A stretch of 64,000 nucleotides of DNA from an uncultured delta proteobacterium (GTDB taxonomy: Bacteria; Desulfobacterota; Binatia; Binatales; Binataceae). How positions within the stretch are numbered: position 1 is the first letter of the stretch; every line of letters begins with the position of its first letter. Below, in pieces: positions 29,081 through 37,767 of this stretch. The notes below the pieces were generated by a model, which did no database searches, was not told where the DNA came from, and was given only the letters and a program-made list of their open reading frames with translations. The translations under genes were made by a program, and so were the position numbers. The DNA is taken from contig CAVQEQ010000004.1 of assembly GCA_963711565.1 (NCBI GenBank), positions 352,001 through 416,000 of the forward strand, read 5' to 3'.

Positions 29081-30247
29081 ATGCCGCTAGTTACGCCTGA
29101 GCATGAATTTATCCGGCGCTCGGTCCGCGAGTTCGTCGAGGCAGAGGTCAAGCCCATCGCCAACGACCTCGACCGCGCTAACAAGGAAATCCCTGAAAAA
29201 ATCCTGAAGCAGATGGCCGAGCTCGGCTACTTCGGCGTGATCTTTCCGGTCGAAGAGGGCGGGATGGGGCTCGACTACATATCGATGGCGATTGTCACCG
29301 AGGAACTGTCGCGCGGATGGCTCAGCGTCGGCTCCGTGATGACCCGCAACATCATTACCGGCACTCTGATCAGCGCCAACGGCACGCCCGAGCAGAAAAA
29401 GAAATTCCTGCCGCCGATCGCGCGCGGCGAGATTCTGACCGCCGCCGCATTCACCGAGCCCGACTCGGGCAGCGACACGGCGTCGTTCAAAACGCGCGCG
29501 GTCAAACACGGCGATGGCTATCACATCAAGGGCTCGAAGATGTGGTGTACGTTCGCCAATCGCGCGCACATGCTCACCGTCATGACGCGCACCGACCCAG
29601 ACATGTCGAAGAAGCACAAAGGGCTGTCGCTGATCCTGTTCGAGAAGAAGCCCGGCGACGACTTCATGCCGCCGCAGTTGACCGGCTCGCCGATTCCGAC
29701 GATCGGCTACCACGGGATGCGCAGTTACGCGCTGCAATTCGACGACGCGTTCGCACCTAAGGCGAACCTGATTGGCGGCGTCGAAGGGCGCGGATTTTAC
29801 CAGTTGATGGCGAGTTACGAGGCGGCGCGCATCCAGACCGCCGCGCGCGGCGTCGGCGTTGCGCAGGCGGCGTTCGAGTGCGCGGTCAAGTACGCGAAAG
29901 ATCGCAAGCAGTTCGGGCAACCGATCGGCGACTTCCAGGTGATTCGGCACAAGCTCGCGCACATGGCCGTCGAAATCGAAGCGGCGCGCCAGCTTTGCTA
30001 CTTCGCCGCCGCCGAAAAAGACACCGGCAAGCGATGCGACTACGAGGCCGGCCTCGCCAAGGCGTTCGCCGCCGAGATGGCCGAGCGGGTCACGCGCGAG
30101 GCGATGCAGGTGCATGGCGGATACGGCTACTCGATGGAGTTCGAGGCGCAGCGCTTCTGGCGCGACGCGCGCGTGCTGTCGATCTTCGAGGGCACCAGCG
30201 AGATTCAGTACGAAGTCATCGGCCGGCGCATCATGGAGCAGAACTGA
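29081..30247 (+). CDS. acyl-CoA dehydrogenase, probable (2S)-methylsuccinyl-CoA dehydrogenase
   Basis: FTEPDSGSD, RIQTAARGVGVAQAA, QVHGGYGY, RVLSIFEGTSEIQ, plus context with ccr and mcl. Confidence 0.85.
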   Translation: MPLVTPEHEFIRRSVREFVEAEVKPIANDLDRANKEIPEKILKQMAELGYFGVIFPVEEGGMGLDYISMAIVTEELSRGWLSVGSVMTRNIITGTLISANGTPEQKKKFLPPIARGEILTAAAFTEPDSGSDTASFKTRAVKHGDGYHIKGSKMWCTFANRAHMLTVMTRTDPDMSKKHKGLSLILFEKKPGDDFMPPQLTGSPIPTIGYHGMRSYALQFDDAFAPKANLIGGVEGRGFYQLMASYEAARIQTAARGVGVAQAAFECAVKYAKDRKQFGQPIGDFQVIRHKLAHMAVEIEAARQLCYFAAAEKDTGKRCDYEAGLAKAFAAEMAERVTREAMQVHGGYGYSMEFEAQRFWRDARVLSIFEGTSEIQYEVIGRRIMEQN

Positions 30248-30249
30248 AC

Positions 30250-30732
30250 GTGAGCATCACCAGCGACGGCAGCTACTTCGAGGATTTCACGGTCGGCGAC
30301 ACGCTCGTCCATCAGCGCGGCCGCACGATCACCGAGGCCGACAATCACAACTTCACTTCGCTCGTGATGAACACCGCGGAACTGCACTTCAACCAGGACT
30401 TGATCGACAGGAATCCCGGCGCGTACGTCGGCGGCAAGCTGCTGGTATACGGCGGCGTCGTACTGGCGTTCACAGTCGGCCTCGCGTCGGAGGACACCAG
30501 CGAGAACGCGATCGCCGAAGTCGAGATGGACAACGGCAAGCATACCAACCCCGTCTTCCACGGCGACACGATCTACGCGGAGTCCACCGTGCTCGAGAAG
30601 CGCGACGCCGACCGGCCGGACGCGGGACTGGTGAAATTCAAATTGATTGGCAAAAAGCCGGACGGTACTGTCGTCGTTGAAATCGAGCGCACCGTTTTGA
30701 TCAAGCGCAAGAGTCACTATCTGCCGGCCTAA
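30250..30732 (+). CDS. MaoC-family dehydratase, resembling the C-terminal half of mesaconyl-CoA hydratase
   Basis: GTG start 2 nt after the ACAD stop. NTAELHF, LLVYGGVV, HTNPVFHGDT. Confidence 0.85.
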   Translation: MSITSDGSYFEDFTVGDTLVHQRGRTITEADNHNFTSLVMNTAELHFNQDLIDRNPGAYVGGKLLVYGGVVLAFTVGLASEDTSENAIAEVEMDNGKHTNPVFHGDTIYAESTVLEKRDADRPDAGLVKFKLIGKKPDGTVVVEIERTVLIKRKSHYLPA

Positions 30733-30787
30733 TCCGTACTCTAATAATCGATTAGTCAAATATTTTACTAGCAGGAGAAGTCCATCA

Positions 30788-31825
30788 ATGTACGTTTTGG
30801 ACAAAGGCACGCGCTTCGTAATCCCGCGCACCGAGATGACCTATCCCGGTCACAACATGAAGCTGCACGTCACTGCCGCCGACGCAGTGAAGGCGCCCGT
30901 CGATCACGTGATGGCGGACTTCGAGGACGCGTGCCCGTATGAGTTCAAGGGCGAGAAGAGCCGCAAGGTGATGGTCGAAGCGCTCAACACGCTTGACTTC
31001 GGCAAGAAGGTCGTGACGGTGCGGCCCAACAATATCCATTCGAAATTCTTCAAGGGCGACATGGAGGCGATCGTGCTCGGCGCGCCGAATCGTTTTCACG
31101 GCATCATGCTGCCGAAGACGCGCGGCCCTGAGGAGATTCGCGAGGTGTCGAAGCTGCTCGACGATCTCGAAAAGCGCGCGGGCTGGAAGTACCGCATTCA
31201 GATCGAGTCGCTGATCGAGACGCCGCACGCGCTCATACACGCGTACGAAATCGCCAAGGCGTCAGACAGAATGTGCGGGCTGGTGTTCGGCATCGCCGAC
31301 TACGCGGCGAACCTCGGCATCCGCGAGATCGTCGAGAATCAGAACCAGAATTTTCACTACTCGAAGCAGGCGGTGGTGGTCGCCGCGAAAGCCGCCGGCC
31401 TCCACGCGATCGACAACGTCTATCTGCGGTTGTGGCGCAACACCGATTCACCCGAGCGCGTCAAGGAACTGCAGGCGGGGCTGCGCGAGAAGAACGTCGG
31501 CGCCGCCAATCTCGGGATGGACGGCACGTGGGTGATACATCCGCAGCAGGCGGAGATCGCGAACTCGTGCTACACGCCGAGCGTCGATCAGGTCGAAGAA
31601 GCGCGCCGAGTGATCAAGCTCTACCACGAGAAGGGCGGCGGCTCGATGGCCGATCCGAAGTCAGGCGAGATGATCGACGAAGCGACGATCAAGATCGGCC
31701 TGATGGATCTGGCCAAGGGCGCGCAGGCCGGGATGGTATCCGACACGGAGCTGCGCGACTGGTCGGCAAAGAGCCGCGAGATCACTGGCTACGACATCCT
31801 CGAACTGATGCGCCGCGTCGCCTGA
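30788..31825 (+). CDS. CitE/HpcH family CoA-ester lyase, probable malyl-CoA/beta-methylmalyl-CoA lyase
   Basis: DFEDAC, LDFGKKVVTVR, IMLPK, LIET, GIADYAA, WVIHPQQ, GEMIDEA. Confidence 0.85.
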   Translation: MYVLDKGTRFVIPRTEMTYPGHNMKLHVTAADAVKAPVDHVMADFEDACPYEFKGEKSRKVMVEALNTLDFGKKVVTVRPNNIHSKFFKGDMEAIVLGAPNRFHGIMLPKTRGPEEIREVSKLLDDLEKRAGWKYRIQIESLIETPHALIHAYEIAKASDRMCGLVFGIADYAANLGIREIVENQNQNFHYSKQAVVVAAKAAGLHAIDNVYLRLWRNTDSPERVKELQAGLREKNVGAANLGMDGTWVIHPQQAEIANSCYTPSVDQVEEARRVIKLYHEKGGGSMADPKSGEMIDEATIKIGLMDLAKGAQAGMVSDTELRDWSAKSREITGYDILELMRRVA

Positions 31826-31940
31826 GTCCGTTCGCAATTTTCGTTAGAGGGCTCTCGATCCGAAAATTCTGACCAGACGATTTTCGCGAGGTGCGATGTC
31901 GGCATTTGCCAGCCCCCGTAGCAACAACGCATACAGTGCG

Positions 31941-32222
31941 TCACTGCGGGGGTGCGGGCGTCGGCGTGGCGGTCGGCAATGGAAACACGGGCTGACCGAT
32001 CGGCGCACCGGTAGGCTTGCCCCGTACGCACCCCATCTGAGACGGGCAGAAGGACTTGCTCGTCGAGCACGTCGAGTTCGTTACGGCGAGCGTGAACGCA
32101 AATAATAAATGACAAACTGCGACCAAATATTTATTCGCAAGGCGAGTCTTGAATCCGCTGAGTAGCGCACTACTGCGCAAGGTCGCAAAGTAAGATCGAT
32201 TAGGGGGTTCTTCTATGAGCAC
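31941..32222 (-). CDS. possible small secreted Cys/Pro-rich peptide
   Basis: Hydrophobic stretch LVAVCHLLFAFTLAV, several Cys, PTATPTPAPP tail. Atypical codon usage and unclear start. Confidence 0.3.
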   Translation of the reverse strand: MLIEEPPNRSYFATLRSSALLSGFKTRLANKYLVAVCHLLFAFTLAVTNSTCSTSKSFCPSQMGCVRGKPTGAPIGQPVFPLPTATPTPAPPQ

Positions 32223-32401
32223 CGCATCAAAGCTCCATCGCTGACGAGGCCGGCATCGACGAGATTTACGACGCCCTTCCTCAAAATAGCAATCTCAACC
32301 GTTCTCTTCAGCCAATCCTTGCCCATAGAATCGATGGTGTCGCTCCAGATGCGCCACGTCGCGTAGCGCTTTGCCGAAGGACGGACGCAGGAGCGTCCGT
32401 C

Positions 32402-32483
32402 GAGATTCTTCGCTTGCAGCAGCTCAGAATGACGCGTGGGCTCGCCGGGTTTTTGCGTCATCCTGAGCGCAGTAAAGGATCTC
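32402..32483. repeat. inverted doublet of family B REP-like palindromes
   Basis: GAGATTCTTCGCTTGCAGCAGCTCAGAATGAC ... GTCATCCTGAGCGCAGTAAAGGATCTC. Confidence 0.85.
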
Positions 32484-32560
32484 GCGCGCGCTGGCGCGCC
32501 TGTGGGCGACAGGCGTTGTTGCTACGGGGGCTGGAAAATGTAACAACAGATGGTTCGGGC

Positions 32561-32638
32561 GGGGTCGTAGTTCAGCCCGGTTAGAACGCCGGCCTGTCAC
32601 GTCGGAAGTCGTGGGTTCAAATCCCATCGGCCCCGCCA
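32561..32638 (+). tRNA. tRNA-Asp(GTC)
   Basis: Cloverleaf GGGGTCGTAGTTCAG...CTGTCAC...GGTTCAAATCCC...CCCCGCCA. Confidence 0.96.
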
Positions 32639-32664
32639 AAAATTGATTTTTTAGAGGCACGAAC

Positions 32665-33111
32665 TTGAAGCTGACTGAACAAACCCGCAGCATCTCGCGC
32701 GAGAGTGGACTGCGTGACCGCCAATGGGTCGTGATCGACGCCAGCGAGCGAGCGCTCGGACGAGTCGCATCGCGCGCGGCTAGCCTGCTGACCGGCAAAA
32801 CCCGGCCCGACTATACTCCCAACCAGGATATCGGCGACTTTGTCGTTATAATCAACGCCGCCAAGGTTCGCCTGACGGGATCGAAGACGCTGGGCAAGGT
32901 GTACTACCGCCATACCGAATGGCCGGGCGGAATTCGCAAGACCTCGGCCGGCAAGATGCTCGAGGAGAAGCCCGAGCGGATGCTTGAGATTGCGGTCAAG
33001 GGGATGCTGCCGAAGAATCGCCTCGGCCATCAGATTTTCAACAAGCTGAAAGTTTATCGCGGCGCCGAGCATCCGCATGCCGCGCAGAAGCCCAAGACGG
33101 TCAGCGTTTAA
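32665..33111 (+). CDS. rplM: 50S ribosomal protein L13
   Basis: WVVIDAS, LGRVAS, GDFVVIINA, AVKGMLPKN, HPHAAQKP. TTG start. Confidence 0.97.
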   Translation: MKLTEQTRSISRESGLRDRQWVVIDASERALGRVASRAASLLTGKTRPDYTPNQDIGDFVVIINAAKVRLTGSKTLGKVYYRHTEWPGGIRKTSAGKMLEEKPERMLEIAVKGMLPKNRLGHQIFNKLKVYRGAEHPHAAQKPKTVSV

Positions 33112-33129
33112 CCAAGGTACGTGCTTTCA

Positions 33130-33528
33130 ATGGCAGAAAAGAAAAATATCATCTGGACGACCGGCCGTCGTAAGAGCGCGGTCGCGCGCGTCAGAATGTT
33201 GCCCGGCAGCGGCACGATCACGGTTAACGAGCGCACGCTCGAGGACTACTTCCCGCGGCCGACCTCGCGGATGCGGATACTGGAGCCGTTCGAGGCGACG
33301 GAAACTGTCGGTCAATACGATGTGCTGGTGAGTGTCGAGGGCGGCGGAATCGCGGCGCAGGCCGACGCCGTTCGTCACGGGATTTCGCGCGCGCTGGTCA
33401 ATGCGACGGAGACGTTGCGGCCGACGCTGCGCAAGGGTGGGATGCTGACGCGCGATCCGCGCGAGGTCGAGCGGAAGAAATACGGGCGTCACAAGGCGCG
33501 CAAGCGGCCGCAATACTCCAAGCGCTAG
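33130..33528 (+). CDS. rpsI: 30S ribosomal protein S9
   Basis: TGRRKSAVARV, LTRDPREVERKKYG, PQYSKR. Confidence 0.97.
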   Translation: MAEKKNIIWTTGRRKSAVARVRMLPGSGTITVNERTLEDYFPRPTSRMRILEPFEATETVGQYDVLVSVEGGGIAAQADAVRHGISRALVNATETLRPTLRKGGMLTRDPREVERKKYGRHKARKRPQYSKR

Positions 33529-33582
33529 GACGATTCGATCGAAGCTGGGCGCACGGAGGCGCGGGATTTCATTTTGAGCGAC

Positions 33583-33618
33583 AAGGGCGTGAGCGATGCT
33601 TGCGCCCTCTTTTCTTTG
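33583..33618 (+). terminator. intrinsic terminator after rpsI
   Basis: AGGGCGTGAGC-GAT-GCTTGCGCCCT followed by CTTTTCTTT. Confidence 0.75.
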
Positions 33619-33709
33619 TTCTGCGATTACAGGTACTTAGCCGGGCCATTTGACAAATCCCGACTCGTACAAATACAAGAAGAGCGCCAGCTTAAAGGAG
33701 CGCCATTAG

Positions 33710-34498
33710 ATGCGTCCAGACCGAATACGTTATAGCGCCGGAGTTGTTGCGGGGTTGTTGCTCATCAGCGCGCTGTTATTTGCGGTGTCCGGAACGGCGC
33801 TGGCACAGACCGCAGCGGGATCTTTCCAGTCGGTGAACGGCCAGGTGCAGATTCAGCGCACCGGCGGCGCGACCATCGGCGCGGCGGCCGGCGTCGGCGT
33901 AAACGTCGGCGATCGAATCGTCACCGGCCCCAACGGCCACGCGGTCATCGTGCTCAACGATCAGAGCCGGATGGAGCTGGGACCCGCCAGCAGCATCACG
34001 CTCGATCAATTCACGATTACCGGAGGAGCCACGGCGACGCGCGTGAGCTTGTTTACCGGCGTGATGCGATCGCTGGTCAATGCTTCATCGGGCGGCGCCG
34101 CGGCAGACTACCAGGTGCATACTCCGAACGCGGTTGCGGCGGTGCGAGGCACCAGGTTCGATACCGCGTACTCCGAGAATGTAATCAGGCCCGGCTACCA
34201 GGGATGCCAACGCTATACGGACGTTTCCGTTTACCAGGGGACCGTCAATCTCGCGCCGGTGGGGACGCCTACCGCCGGCGAAGATGTTCACGCGGGTTAC
34301 GAAGCGACGCTGCCGTGCGACAAACCTCCGACCGGTGAGGGACCGCTGTCGATGACCGGCGCGATATCGCTCGAAAGCGCCAACGCAGGCGGCGCCAGTT
34401 TCACTGGAGCGGCGCCGGGATCGAGCGGTGCGCCGGTGCCCGCCTGTCCGGTCTGCATGAACATGACGACTACCACCGGAACAACGACGGGGCGGTAG
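33710..34498 (+). CDS. secreted FecR-domain protein
   Basis: Signal peptide, GDRIVTG, DQSRMELG, VHTPNAVAAVRGTRF, VSVYQGTV. Confidence 0.85.
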   Translation: MRPDRIRYSAGVVAGLLLISALLFAVSGTALAQTAAGSFQSVNGQVQIQRTGGATIGAAAGVGVNVGDRIVTGPNGHAVIVLNDQSRMELGPASSITLDQFTITGGATATRVSLFTGVMRSLVNASSGGAAADYQVHTPNAVAAVRGTRFDTAYSENVIRPGYQGCQRYTDVSVYQGTVNLAPVGTPTAGEDVHAGYEATLPCDKPPTGEGPLSMTGAISLESANAGGASFTGAAPGSSGAPVPACPVCMNMTTTTGTTTGR

Positions 34499-34513
34499 GG
34501 AAGGAGGTGAGAC

Positions 34514-35284
34514 GTGGCGAAGAATAGAATTTCGCTTGCCGGTGCGATGCTCATGCTCGGATTCGTGCTGAGCACATTCGCGATCGCGACGCCTGCGCAT
34601 GCGCAATGGTTTGAAGACACCTATCCGGGATTCTACTCGCTGCAAACGCCGGGACTCTTCCAGACGACGCTATTCGGCGGCGGCTACATTAGCGATAAAT
34701 ATGGCGTCCTGCAGGAGGGCGTTCAGGCCGAGCAGAGCGTCACACCGTATATCGGAGTTTTCGGCCGCGCGACCGGCTACCAACTGTGGATCGGCAACGG
34801 CTTCGAGAGTCCGCTGGCGCCGGGGAGCGGCAGTTTCCCGCGGCTCAACTTCGGGCGCTTCCAGGGTGGCCTCGATTTCACGCTGCTCCCTGGTACGCAT
34901 CTCTACGTATCGGCCGGCCACGACGTCGCGGATAGCGATGCCACCGTGATCGAGGGCGATTTCTCGAGTTGGCTGTGGCTGCACAGTCAGCACCCGATCA
35001 ATGCATCGTTCAGCACGATTTACGATTGGCAAAACGGCGTCGAGAGCAGTGAAATCGATCTGGAGACAATTCTGCTCTCGACCGAGAAGTACATGATCCT
35101 CGGAGGCATCGGCGGCGCGATGTATTTCGGCGGCTTCCTGAGCAATGCGCAGGGGCAGGGCGGTCCGGATCTCGGATTCTACTACCGGCCGTGGCAGCTT
35201 GGCGTCAGCGCTCAGGCGGGCTACGGCAACGCGCATCAGTACGGCCAGATCAGCATGTACAAGCAGCTAAGCTGGTTCGAATAG
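34514..35284 (+). CDS. putative outer-membrane beta-barrel protein
   Basis: GGAGG-GTG, signal peptide ending AHA, Gly/aromatic-rich amphipathic strands, ends LSWFE. Confidence 0.7.
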   Translation: MAKNRISLAGAMLMLGFVLSTFAIATPAHAQWFEDTYPGFYSLQTPGLFQTTLFGGGYISDKYGVLQEGVQAEQSVTPYIGVFGRATGYQLWIGNGFESPLAPGSGSFPRLNFGRFQGGLDFTLLPGTHLYVSAGHDVADSDATVIEGDFSSWLWLHSQHPINASFSTIYDWQNGVESSEIDLETILLSTEKYMILGGIGGAMYFGGFLSNAQGQGGPDLGFYYRPWQLGVSAQAGYGNAHQYGQISMYKQLSWFE

Positions 35285-35295
35285 CGCGTCTTGCC

Positions 35296-35412
35296 GCTCT
35301 CCGCGGGAGAGGTCGGCGTGAGTCCGCGAGCGTCGGGGGAGGACGCACGTACTCAGCACAATGCCGGCGCCCTCACCCGCGCCCGAGGCGCGACCTCTTC
35401 CGAAGGGAGAGG
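35296..35412. repeat. inverted pair of family C palindromes
   Basis: CTCTCCGCGGGAGAGG... and CCCTCACCCG...CCTCTTCCGAAGGGAGAGG. Confidence 0.6.
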
Positions 35413-35466
35413 TAAGTACAAACCTCGCGGCGCTCGCGGCGGCGAGCTAAGCTCGAATCGTTAACG

Positions 35467-37692
35467 ATGCCGAGCGCAAAACCGTCACATCTAGCCCTCA
35501 GATTCTCGTGGCGCACATTCCTGTTCGGGATCGTCCTACTGGGATTCATGTTCGTTGCCCACGACCGCTTCCACGCCGCCTTCGAGCGGATGGATCTGAT
35601 AGCGTACGACCTTCGAATCAACACCGTCGCTCCGCATCCATCGACGGGCATGATCGCGATCGCTACCATCGACGACCGCAGTATTGCGCAGCTTGGGCAA
35701 TGGCCTTGGCCTCGGATCGTGCTCGGCCAGCTGGTCGATGCGCTCAAGGACTACAAGGTCAAGGTGATCGGCTTCGATGCGATCTTCAGCGAAGCCGACA
35801 AGAGCGACGTGGCGCGCGGCGACATAAGTCAGAAACTCGCGCAACTCGGCCTCACGGGACAGTCGATTCGCGACGTCCTTGGTCCGAGCAACGACGAGGG
35901 GTTTGCGAAGGCGATGAGCGCGCAAGGCCAGACCGTTCTGGGGTACGCGTTTCAGACGCACCATCTGAAGGGGCATGTCGGAGTCGCCAAAACGGCCGGG
36001 TTCCTCGACCATATTCGAATGCCGGGGCCGTTGACCTACGGGATCATCCGGCAGGCACCCGGCACGCCGCACGAGTTGATCGAGGCGCAGGCGTATGAGC
36101 CGCCGACCGCGCTGCTCAACGATTCGGCTCACTCGATCGGATTTTTCGACATCGATGCGGACGCGGACGGCGAAATCCGCACCGAGATGACCGTCATCAA
36201 ATTCGACGGCCATTACTGCGCGCCGTTGTTTATCGCCGTCGCCGACACCTTTGTCGGCGGGGCGACGATGATATTGGGACTCGATCAGGAAGGAGTCTCG
36301 GGCCTGTCGGTGGCCGGTGTGGGGATACCGGTCGATGACGACGGCCGGATGCTGGTGAATTTCCGCCGCGGCGTTCAGCCGTTCCCGTACTATTCGATCT
36401 CGGACATTATCAATCACAAGATTGCGCCGGAGAAACTCGCGGGGAAAATCGTCCTAGTCGGTGCGACCGCGCACGGACTCGGCGATCGCGGCGTGACGCC
36501 GGTCAACCCCGACATGCCGCGCGTCGAGATCCACGCCAACGCGATCGACAACGTGCTGCAGGGCGACTTCCTGCGCCGCCCGCTCGAGGCGCAGGAAATA
36601 TCGCTGGCAGCGACGCTCCTGATCGGCATCGCGATGTCGGTTGGAGTCGCGTGGCTCTCGGCAATGTCGTCGGCGGCGCTGGGCGTGATCCTGCTGGTCG
36701 GCTATTACGCGTACGCGCAACACCGCCTGCTGAACGAGGGTCTGGTGATCGGGATCGTCTTCCCAATGTTCGCCGCGATTTTCGTCTATATGTTTCTCGC
36801 GGGCTATCGGTACATCACCGAGGGTCGCGAAAAGCGCTACTTGCGCACAGTCTTTGAGCATTATCTGGACCCCGACGTCATCACTTCGCTGCTCGATTCG
36901 CCCGAGGGTCTCAAGCTCGGCGGCGAAAAGCGTCATCTGGCGATCCTGTTCGCCGACATCGTGAGCTTCACCAAGCGCGCCGAAAAGACCACACCCGAGG
37001 ATCTGCTCGCGCTGCTGAACACCTACATGACCTCGATGATCGACGTGATTCTGAAGACCGGCGGCGTGGTGGACAAGTTGATGGGCGACGGAATCATGGC
37101 GTTCTGGGGCGCGCCCAACGACCTGGAAAATCCGTCGCGATCGGCGATCGATTGCGCGCTCAGGATGCTGGAGAATCTCCACGACCTACAGAAAAACGAT
37201 CCGCGCTTCGCCGATCTCGACATCGGCATCGGCATCTCGACCGGCAACGTCGTAGTCGGCAACCTCGGCGGCGAAAATCGCTTCGACTATTCCGTAATTG
37301 GCGACACCGTCAATTTCGCGTCGCGGCTCGAGGGACTCACCCGCCACTTCAAGGTGCATCTTCTGGTCAGTCGCCAGACCTACAGCGAAGCGGGGGCAGG
37401 TTACATCGGGCGCGAACTCGGGCTGGTGAAGGTCAAGGGAAAGGAGATCTTCGTGCCGATAGTCCACGTGGCCGGGCGCGAGAACGACAGCGTCGATCCG
37501 GCGTTCTACAACCATTTCGCCAACGCGCTCTCGTTGATTCGCGCGGGCGACGCTTTCTCCGCGCGCCAGGAACTCCAACAACTCAGCGATTCGAGCCCCG
37601 AAGACACTCCGGTGCGCATTTACCTGGACAAGCTCGCCGCCGACCCCGATCATCCCCCGACCGAGATGGTCTTCGAGTTCGAGACCAAGTAA
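35467..37692 (+). CDS. CHASE2-domain class III adenylate cyclase
   Basis: IDDRSI..LGQWPWPR, VEIHANAI, three TMs, LFADIVSFT, DKLMGDGIMAFWGAP, DYSVIGDTVNFASRLEG (Lys/Asp pair indicates ATP specificity). Confidence 0.92.
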   Translation: MPSAKPSHLALRFSWRTFLFGIVLLGFMFVAHDRFHAAFERMDLIAYDLRINTVAPHPSTGMIAIATIDDRSIAQLGQWPWPRIVLGQLVDALKDYKVKVIGFDAIFSEADKSDVARGDISQKLAQLGLTGQSIRDVLGPSNDEGFAKAMSAQGQTVLGYAFQTHHLKGHVGVAKTAGFLDHIRMPGPLTYGIIRQAPGTPHELIEAQAYEPPTALLNDSAHSIGFFDIDADADGEIRTEMTVIKFDGHYCAPLFIAVADTFVGGATMILGLDQEGVSGLSVAGVGIPVDDDGRMLVNFRRGVQPFPYYSISDIINHKIAPEKLAGKIVLVGATAHGLGDRGVTPVNPDMPRVEIHANAIDNVLQGDFLRRPLEAQEISLAATLLIGIAMSVGVAWLSAMSSAALGVILLVGYYAYAQHRLLNEGLVIGIVFPMFAAIFVYMFLAGYRYITEGREKRYLRTVFEHYLDPDVITSLLDSPEGLKLGGEKRHLAILFADIVSFTKRAEKTTPEDLLALLNTYMTSMIDVILKTGGVVDKLMGDGIMAFWGAPNDLENPSRSAIDCALRMLENLHDLQKNDPRFADLDIGIGISTGNVVVGNLGGENRFDYSVIGDTVNFASRLEGLTRHFKVHLLVSRQTYSEAGAGYIGRELGLVKVKGKEIFVPIVHVAGRENDSVDPAFYNHFANALSLIRAGDAFSARQELQQLSDSSPEDTPVRIYLDKLAADPDHPPTEMVFEFETK

Positions 37693-37767
37693 CTGGCTCG
37701 GCGCGCTCGATCGTGATAACTGAGTAGATTCCACCGTAACTCGCGAAGGAGCACTGAAATCGCTCAA

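Noticed and set aside
29878-30249. N-terminal extension of the second MaoC ORF
   Set aside because: It overlaps the ACAD gene in another frame. The GTG at 30250 gives a normal-size MaoC.
32240-32270. CTGACGAG as a hammerhead ribozyme core
   Set aside because: There is no matching GAAA core segment or stem II/III pairing.
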